Assembly (NCBI GenBank): GCA_043813075.1
Contig: JBDRLL010000030.1
Coordinates: forward strand, 1 to 13,433
DNA length: 13,433 nucleotides
Source: Candidatus Altiarchaeota archaeon
GTDB lineage: Archaea; Altiarchaeota; Altiarchaeia; IMC4; SCGC-AAA252-I15
Direction: 5' to 3'
Shown here: positions 7,915 to 13,433 of the stretch, one piece after another
Layout: each line of letters opens with the position of its first letter
Position numbering within the stretch: position 1 is the first letter of the stretch
Notes under the pieces: model-generated
What the model was told of the DNA's origin: nothing
Database searches by the model: none
The model's input: only the letters and a program-made list of their open reading frames with translations
Program-made: the position numbers and the translations under genes

Positions 7915-8724
7915 TCACCAACCCCTTTTCTCACTCTTTTCCTTAGCAACACTCAGCTGTATGTCAGAGGGATGTGTTGAATCCCATAGCTGGGATATGC
8001 TTTCAGCAAGGCCGAACAATTCAGGGTCATTGTTTATGGAATATTTCTTACCAAGACTCTTGTGTGCTCTTATCTTCCCCATGAGTTCGATTACGTTGAC
8101 TCGCGTGTCAACGCATCCGTCACGCTCTAGGATCACGGCCTGGACGGGGAGCCCCGCATCCGCCATTAGACTGGAACCTTCGTACACTTCAAGGACGCAC
8201 CCCACACCTAAAACCGCCTTAGGCTTGTACTTCTTGACCATCCTTTTCACGAGCATGGATCCGGGTGCTATGAAAAAACGGTATCCTAGCTGTTCAGAGT
8301 ACTCCTTTATCTTGAATATGCCGCAACGACCGCATGAAATGCATTTTATACCCTCAGAACCAAGGGGGGCGGGGCATTTGGGGTTTCTCATGCATTGGGG
8401 CAGGAATATCACCCGCTCAGGATAGTTGGTGGACGCGTAAGCCTTAGCGTATAGTATGTTCCTCAACTCCACGACCATCGTGTCTATGAATATTCCATCG
8501 ATACCGAACAGCCATGACATCTGCTTTACAGGAGCCTCCAGGAATCCGAGTATGAACAAGGTTATGTTAGGGAGCATAATCCGGTTGTTCCTACGGTAGA
8601 CTAATGCGAGAAAAACCCCCAACAGGGATAAGGACACCACACTCACGAAGAGCGTTCCTGCCAGGATAATGGTCGCTAACCCTATCTTATGTAGGGTGGT
8701 AAGCTCAAAAACAGGCAAATCCAT
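7915..8724 (-). CDS. DUF116-family Cys-rich membrane-anchored protein
   Basis: N-terminal TM segments, then FLPQCMR-x-x-x-CPA, C-x-x-CG-x-C, IAPGS, VLGVGC and GCVDT, the DUF116 pattern. Confidence 0.85.
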   Translation of the reverse strand: MDLPVFELTTLHKIGLATIILAGTLFVSVVSLSLLGVFLALVYRRNNRIMLPNITLFILGFLEAPVKQMSWLFGIDGIFIDTMVVELRNILYAKAYASTNYPERVIFLPQCMRNPKCPAPLGSEGIKCISCGRCGIFKIKEYSEQLGYRFFIAPGSMLVKRMVKKYKPKAVLGVGCVLEVYEGSSLMADAGLPVQAVILERDGCVDTRVNVIELMGKIRAHKSLGKKYSINNDPELFGLAESISQLWDSTHPSDIQLSVAKEKSEKRGW

Positions 8725-8758
8725 GGTATATACTACATGGCAGCAGGCTATAAAAGCG

Positions 8759-9340
8759 TCAGTAGTCTATCCCACGCCTAACCCTAATACCCCTGTTAAA
8801 CGGGTGTTTTACGTCCTTTAGCTCAGTAACATAGTCAGCGGCTTCGATAATCCTCTTGGGGGCGTTACGCCCAGTCAACACGAGTTCCGTGTGGCTTTTC
8901 TTGGATTTAATCAGCTTAAGCACACGGTCAACTGACGTTAGCTTGCGGTGCAGCGCATTATTCACTTCATCTATTATCACCAGGTCGTATTTCCCTGACT
9001 TAAGTATCTTCTCAGCGTGGTTCAAAGCCTCCTCAACGTATTCCCTCTCTTCATTTCGCGATATGAAGCAGTCCCTACAGTTCCCACAATCTATGTCCCC
9101 CTTCTTCATCTCATCAGAGTAAGGGCACTTCTTCCCGTATTGTTTTATGGTCATCCTGGGGAGGATTTCAATGGAGGATATCACCTCACCCATATGACTA
9201 CCACCCTTCAGTAACTGTATCATGTACACGGAGAATCCATGCCCCATAGACCTTAAAGCAAGCCCTAATGAGATGCTCGTCTTCCCCTTACCCGCTCCAG
9301 TGTAAACATGGATAAGACCCTTCCTCTTATTAGCTGGCAT
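8759..9340 (-). CDS. cobA: ATP:cob(I)alamin adenosyltransferase, CobA/BtuR/CobO type, with a 4-Cys insertion
   Basis: GLIHVYTGAGKGKT short P-loop, IQLLKG, YDLVIIDE, ELVLTGR-x-AP, ADYVTE, KHPF and GIDY. Start at ATG 9340; the 9439 start would overlap nrdJ. Confidence 0.93.
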   Translation of the reverse strand: MPANKRKGLIHVYTGAGKGKTSISLGLALRSMGHGFSVYMIQLLKGGSHMGEVISSIEILPRMTIKQYGKKCPYSDEMKKGDIDCGNCRDCFISRNEEREYVEEALNHAEKILKSGKYDLVIIDEVNNALHRKLTSVDRVLKLIKSKKSHTELVLTGRNAPKRIIEAADYVTELKDVKHPFNRGIRVRRGIDY

Positions 9341-9344
9341 ATTA

Positions 9345-11492
9345 TCACGCGATGCTACACGCAGAGTACCCACATGAATGGCATTTACTGCATCCTTCCT
9401 CAAACACGAGTTTACTGCCGCACTCAGGGCAAGAATCATCCTTGCCTGCCTTCCTCTCAGACTTTGGCTTGTTAACAGCCTCTATATTCAATACCTGCCC
9501 GCTCCTACTCCCATCCCTGTATATGGTCACCCCCTTACACCCCAGTTTGTAGGCTAGGAGGTATACTTTCTCAACATCATCTGTTGTAGCGTAGTTCGGG
9601 AAGTTGACTGTCTTTGAGACTGCGTTATCGGTGTGCTTCTGGAATGCCGCCTGCATTCGCACATGCCATTCAGGCGTTACTTCATGGGCGGTGATGAACA
9701 CACCCTTAACGTCCTCAGGTATCTCGTCTATACCTTGTATGGTGCCCCTCCGAGCTATCTTCCGCATCAATTCCTCGCTGTAGAACCCTTTTTCACGCGC
9801 CATCCTCTCGAATAGGGGGTTCACCTCAACCATCTCCGTCCCATCAAGGATATTTCGTATGAAAGATACTGCAAACAACGGTTCTATCCCCCCAGAGCAG
9901 TTGGCTATGATGCTTATAGTCCCCGTGGGGGCTATGGTGGTTGTGGTCGCATTCCTCAGCTTCGCATACCCTTGCCCTGGCCATATGCTCTTCTTGAAGT
10001 TTGGGAACACCCCCCTCTTTTCCGCCAGCTCCGCAGACGCCTTCTTAGACTCCTCGTTAATGAAGGACATTACCTTTTCAGCCACACTAATGGCATCTTC
10101 ACTGTTGTACGGCACCCCTAATTGTATCAGCATGTCCGCAAACCCCATTATACCAAGACCTATCTTCCGGTTGCTCCTAACCATCTTAGCTATCTCATCA
10201 AGGGGGAAGTTACTCATGTCTATCACATTATCAAGGAAGTGAACCGCAACATGCACGATCCGCTTTAGCCTGCGCCAATTAACCTCACCCTCATCAACCA
10301 TCTTAGACAGGTTTATGGACCCTAGGTTGCACGCCTCGTAGGGCAGTAGCGGCTGTTCGCCGCACGGGTTCGTGGATTCTATCTCCCCTATCGCAGGAGT
10401 GGGGTTGTCCCTGTTGAGCCTGTCGAGGAATATTATCCCAGGTTCCCCGTTCTTCCAGGCCATGGTGATGATCAAGTCGAATACATGCTTCGAGTTTATG
10501 CGGTTCATCACGCTCTTGTCATGTGGGTTAATGAGGTCATAGTCCTCTCCCTTCTCCACAGCATCCATGAAACTTTCAGTGACCCCCACAGATATGTTGA
10601 AGTTGTTCAAAACATTCTCCTGCTCTTTAGCGGTTATGAAATCTATTATGTCCGGATGGTCTACGCGGAGTATGGCCATGTTAGCCCCCCTCCTCGTGCC
10701 CCCCTGCTTGATGACCTCCGTCGCAGCGTTGAATACGTTCATGAATGATAATGGACCTGATGCTACGCCACTGGTTGATCTCACATGATTGCCTTTGGGC
10801 CTCAGCCTGCTGAATGAGAATCCAGTGCCGCCGCCACTCTTGTGTATTAGTGCCGTGTTCTTTATGGCCTCGAATATGCTTTCCATGCTGTCCTCAACGG
10901 GGAGTACAAAGCATGCTGAGAGCTGTTGGAGTTCCCTGCCCGCGTTCATGAGGGTTGGTGAGTTTGGCATGAAATACTTGTTTGACATGATATCATAGAA
11001 ATCCCTCTCTGTTTTTTTGACATCCGCTTTTTTGTTGTATAACGCGTCCGCCTCAGCTATGTTCCTAGCCACCCTCTGGAAGAGTTGCTTTGGGGTTTCA
11101 GTGATTGCCCCGTCTGGTGACTTCATCAAGTACCTCTTTTCAAGGACTTTAACCGCGTTTAGGGATAGTTTTATGTCGTCGTCGACTCCCATAAGGGATT
11201 TTGTCTCACGAAGTTTCTTGCGTTCCTGCCTGTATATTATGTATGCTTTCGCCACGTCTGGCTTGCTGTCTTTTATCAGAACGTCTTCAACTATGTCCTG
11301 AACGTCCTCCACGCTAGGGGTTTTGTTCTTGAATCTGGAATTCAGTTTCCTTACGACATTTCCTGCCAGCCGGTCAGCTTCCTTACCGTCCTTCTCGTTG
11401 ACTGCCGTTATGGCCTTGTGTATTGCGTCAACAATCTTCTGCTTGTTGAATTTGACTGTTCTCCCGTCTCTCTTCCGTATCTTAGAAACCAT
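9345..11492 (-). CDS. nrdJ: Class II (adenosylcobalamin-dependent) ribonucleotide reductase with N-terminal ATP-cone and C-terminal Cys cluster
   Basis: ATP-cone (IRKRDGR...VEDVQDIVE...AKAYIIYR), [16 protein letters not shown], thiyl motif [25 protein letters not shown] and [11 protein letters not shown]; no intein evident. Start ATG 11492 with GGGGTGG upstream. Confidence 0.95.
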   Translation of the reverse strand: MVSKIRKRDGRTVKFNKQKIVDAIHKAITAVNEKDGKEADRLAGNVVRKLNSRFKNKTPSVEDVQDIVEDVLIKDSKPDVAKAYIIYRQERKKLRETKSLMGVDDDIKLSLNAVKVLEKRYLMKSPDGAITETPKQLFQRVARNIAEADALYNKKADVKKTERDFYDIMSNKYFMPNSPTLMNAGRELQQLSACFVLPVEDSMESIFEAIKNTALIHKSGGGTGFSFSRLRPKGNHVRSTSGVASGPLSFMNVFNAATEVIKQGGTRRGANMAILRVDHPDIIDFITAKEQENVLNNFNISVGVTESFMDAVEKGEDYDLINPHDKSVMNRINSKHVFDLIITMAWKNGEPGIIFLDRLNRDNPTPAIGEIESTNPCGEQPLLPYEACNLGSINLSKMVDEGEVNWRRLKRIVHVAVHFLDNVIDMSNFPLDEIAKMVRSNRKIGLGIMGFADMLIQLGVPYNSEDAISVAEKVMSFINEESKKASAELAEKRGVFPNFKKSIWPGQGYAKLRNATTTTIAPTGTISIIANCSGGIEPLFAVSFIRNILDGTEMVEVNPLFERMAREKGFYSEELMRKIARRGTIQGIDEIPEDVKGVFITAHEVTPEWHVRMQAAFQKHTDNAVSKTVNFPNYATTDDVEKVYLLAYKLGCKGVTIYRDGSRSGQVLNIEAVNKPKSERKAGKDDSCPECGSKLVFEEGCSKCHSCGYSACSIA

Positions 11493-11556
11493 TATCCACC
11501 CCAACCCAATAGGTGCTTTACAGATTAGATTGGGGGAATATATATCTTCAGCATCC

Positions 11557-11796
11557 TCACCCCTGGTCGACTGACTCAACCCGCTCAACACCTGGGACTT
11601 CCTTCTTCAGGGTCTGCTCTATCCCGTGTTGGAGGGTCATCTGCGACATCGGGCATCCGTGGCATGCTCCCTTTAGCCTTACCTTTACCACACCCCCTTC
11701 AACGTCCACCAGCTCCACATCTCCCCCATCCATCTGGAGTAGGGGGCGTATCTTCTCCAGGCTCTTGGATACCTGTCCTTTAAGATCGTCTGTCAT
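11557..11796 (-). CDS. NifU C-terminal (Nfu)-domain Fe-S carrier protein
   Basis: IRP[12 protein letters not shown] and L[19 protein letters not shown]; single Nfu domain with CxxC. Confidence 0.93.
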   Translation of the reverse strand: MTDDLKGQVSKSLEKIRPLLQMDGGDVELVDVEGGVVKVRLKGACHGCPMSQMTLQHGIEQTLKKEVPGVERVESVDQG

Positions 11797-11829
11797 ATTC
11801 CATAACTTATCCGTTATCCTTTATAACTG

Positions 11830-12714
11830 TTATAGTATCCCCTCTAATATCAGTGGGAGTGCTATTGTCGCATCGGAATATACTGTTACAGACCCCCCAT
11901 TCTCCCTTATCTTACCCCAGGATTTAGCCTCCCTCGGCATCGCTCCGGACAGGGAGCCATCGTATTCCAATGCTGTTGTCACATATACCGCGTAGTCGAG
12001 ACCCCCTCGAAGTAGGTTCACACCCAGCGTATGGTGTTTTGATATGCCTCCCCCCAGGATTATGCCCCCTGTTTTTTCAGCATCATACGCTAGGTCTATC
12101 ATCGCTTGCATGTCTCCAAGGGGGTCCAGCATGAAGTCCCTATGCTTCTGGCGGAAGAAGAACATCTGTAGCCCCAGGGCAGAGTCAGTTATCCCTGGGG
12201 TAAACACGGGTATGTTGTTCTTCAGGCAGGTTCCTATGAACGTCTTCTTCTTTATGTTTCTGGCAAAGTGTTCAGTAAGCTCTCTTGGTGTCACCGTGCT
12301 CTTTTCCCCGTAAATCTTCTTCAAAAGGGGTTGAGTCTTCCTCTCCAATAGCTCGTATCTGTCGTTTGGCACCAGTATGTTCCCTATCCTGTTTACCCCC
12401 TTCTTGTGCAGTCTTACGTCGTCTTCATTGAACCCCCCAATCCTATATGGTTTGAAGGCCCTTATTATGTCGTGGTCTATGCTGCCTCCAGTGGTTATGA
12501 CAGCATCCACCATCCTTTTCTCAGCCATCTCTATGAACACTCCTCTCAGCCCGCTGGCCATCATGTTGGCTGTGAACGAGAGGAATATGGTGCATCCATC
12601 CTGCTTCATCCTCTCTATCATCTCCCTGGCCTCACCTATCCTCGTGGCCTGGAAGCCAGTGTTCCTGAAATCCATGCCCCCTCCTGTGGGGGTGATATCC
12701 TCTACATACTCCAT
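11830..12714 (-). CDS. dys: Deoxyhypusine synthase
   Basis: GFQAT, SGLRG, NRIGNILVP, ILGGGISKHH and DGSLSGA-x-x-x-EAKSWGK with the catalytic Lys retained. Confidence 0.94.
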   Translation of the reverse strand: MEYVEDITPTGGGMDFRNTGFQATRIGEAREMIERMKQDGCTIFLSFTANMMASGLRGVFIEMAEKRMVDAVITTGGSIDHDIIRAFKPYRIGGFNEDDVRLHKKGVNRIGNILVPNDRYELLERKTQPLLKKIYGEKSTVTPRELTEHFARNIKKKTFIGTCLKNNIPVFTPGITDSALGLQMFFFRQKHRDFMLDPLGDMQAMIDLAYDAEKTGGIILGGGISKHHTLGVNLLRGGLDYAVYVTTALEYDGSLSGAMPREAKSWGKIRENGGSVTVYSDATIALPLILEGIL

Positions 12715-12728
12715 ACGCAGTGCCTAAC
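12715..12728 (-). repeat. Dispersed 14-bp motif, copy 3 (GTTAGGCACTGCGT), directly before the dys ATG
   Basis: Plus strand reads ACGCAGTGCCTAAC. Confidence 0.8.
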
Positions 12729-12745
12729 TATTTTTTTGTTTATAT

Positions 12746-13030
12746 CTACCTGGTGTCCAGGCACTTTATTATGTGCCATCCGAATTCCGTCCGCACCGGC
12801 CTGGAGATCTCCCCCTTATTTAGCTCGAAAGCAGCCTTCTCGAATTCCTTGACCATCCTCCCCCTACCAAACCAGCCCAAGTCGCCTCCCCTCCTTCCTG
12901 AAGGGCATTCCGAGGATTCTTCAGCAATCTTGGCGAAGCTCTTCTTACCTAGCTTCAAGTCGTCGTATATGCCCTGTGCCTTGTCCATGGTCTTGACGAG
13001 GATATGTGATGCGTGCACTTCTTTAACCAT
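12746..13030 (-). CDS. ppiC: Single-domain parvulin-type peptidyl-prolyl cis-trans isomerase
   Basis: ASHILVK, S-x-CPS-x-x-x-GGDLGWF, MVKEFEKAAF and PVRTEFGWHII; 94 aa. Confidence 0.95.
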   Translation of the reverse strand: MVKEVHASHILVKTMDKAQGIYDDLKLGKKSFAKIAEESSECPSGRRGGDLGWFGRGRMVKEFEKAAFELNKGEISRPVRTEFGWHIIKCLDTR

Positions 13031-13072
13031 ACAAAACCATATGTATCGGTTTCTTAAAAACAGAAAAACAAC

Positions 13073-13086
13073 ACGTAGTGCCTAAC
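13073..13086 (-). repeat. Dispersed 14-bp motif, copy 4 (GTTAGGCACTACGT), 3 nt after the nadX stop
   Basis: Plus strand reads ACGTAGTGCCTAAC. Confidence 0.8.
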
Positions 13087-13089
13087 TTC

Positions 13090-13433
13090 TCATGTTCCTA
13101 TCTCTAACCGCCCGCATATCCTCCTGAGGGTCTGTACTGCTGAAAGGCATGCCATGTACGATGTTCCCGGGTTCTCCGGGGAGGGTACGTTGTCTGCCCT
13201 GGATTCGAATGCCCCGAATGCCCCGCTGGCCTTTATCTCGTGAGTGTTGCTGCTCGCAGTCGGGTCGCACACTATGACGACCCTAGTCTTGTCAGGGCCT
13301 ACCCCCGCAAGGCTTAGTATTGCAGACACGTTGACGTTCTTTGGGAATAGCTTCACCGCTTCCCTGGCCGGGCCGTCGTAGAGTGTAGTGGCCTTTGTTA
13401 TCTTATCCACGTCTATGCCCCTATCTTCAAGGT
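13090..13433 (-). CDS. nadX: L-aspartate dehydrogenase, C-terminal part (truncated by window edge)
   Basis: Frame is open to the window end (..LEDRGIDVDKIT..). G-x-AREAVKLFPKNVNVSA, NTHEI and PSPENPGTS match the DUF108 domain. Confidence 0.9.
   Translation of the reverse strand, partial: LEDRGIDVDKITKATTLYDGPAREAVKLFPKNVNVSAILSLAGVGPDKTRVVIVCDPTASSNTHEIKASGAFGAFESRADNVPSPENPGTSYMACLSAVQTLRRICGRLEIGT

Noticed and set aside
9341-9439. N-terminal extension of cobA, and likewise nrdJ 11493-11591 and tsaC 1949-1978
   Set aside because: The extensions overlap upstream genes; family homology begins at the downstream ATGs (9340, 11492, 1979).
9345-11492. Intein or intron in nrdJ
   Set aside because: The reading frame is continuous through the usual insertion points (e.g. 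[14 protein letters not shown]), and the length is normal.
11493-11556. Cobalamin riboswitch or NrdR box upstream of nrdJ
   Set aside because: The 64-bp gap is too short for a cobalamin riboswitch, and GAAGATATATATTC fits a TATA box better than the NrdR consensus.
5674-13086. Integron attC sites suggested by GTTAGGC (GTTRRRY) cores at gene boundaries
   Set aside because: No paired RYYYAAC inverse core or long imperfect hairpin precedes the cores, the gaps are too short, no integrase is in the window, and the genes are housekeeping. Kept only as an unexplained motif.
1-13433. CRISPR array, tRNA/rRNA, IS element, selenocysteine or pyrrolysine read-through
   Set aside because: No regularly spaced repeats, cloverleaf or transposase were seen, and recognised proteins end at family-typical C-termini.

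Overview
Gene-dense archaeal chromosomal window. GatD, deoxyhypusine synthase, a DUF1610 Zn-ribbon protein, a PRC-barrel protein and TATA-box promoters all point to Archaea; the lineage cannot be fixed from the sequence alone. It holds about 20 CDS: gatD, tsaC, cutA, nadC, partial nadX, PRC-barrel, SPFH, KaiC-like ATPase, 2[4Fe-4S] ferredoxin, IscS, DUF116, CobA/BtuR adenosyltransferase, class II ribonucleotide reductase NrdJ, an Nfu-type protein, DHS, parvulin and a hypothetical exported protein. Two small genes missing from the ORF track (an RHH protein and the DUF1610 protein) and a probable partial wHTH-like gene at the left edge complete the set. No RNA genes, CRISPR or transposase were seen. 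Two signals stand out. (1) A non-palindromic 14-bp motif, GTTAGGCACTRCRY, occurs four times, always in the sense orientation; three copies sit at gene boundaries and two of these bracket the parvulin gene. (2) The CobA-type adenosyltransferase carries an inserted C-x12-C-x2-C-x2-C motif, lies 4 nt downstream of nrdJ, and is surrounded by Fe-S-related genes (Nfu, IscS, ferredoxin, Cys-rich DUF116).
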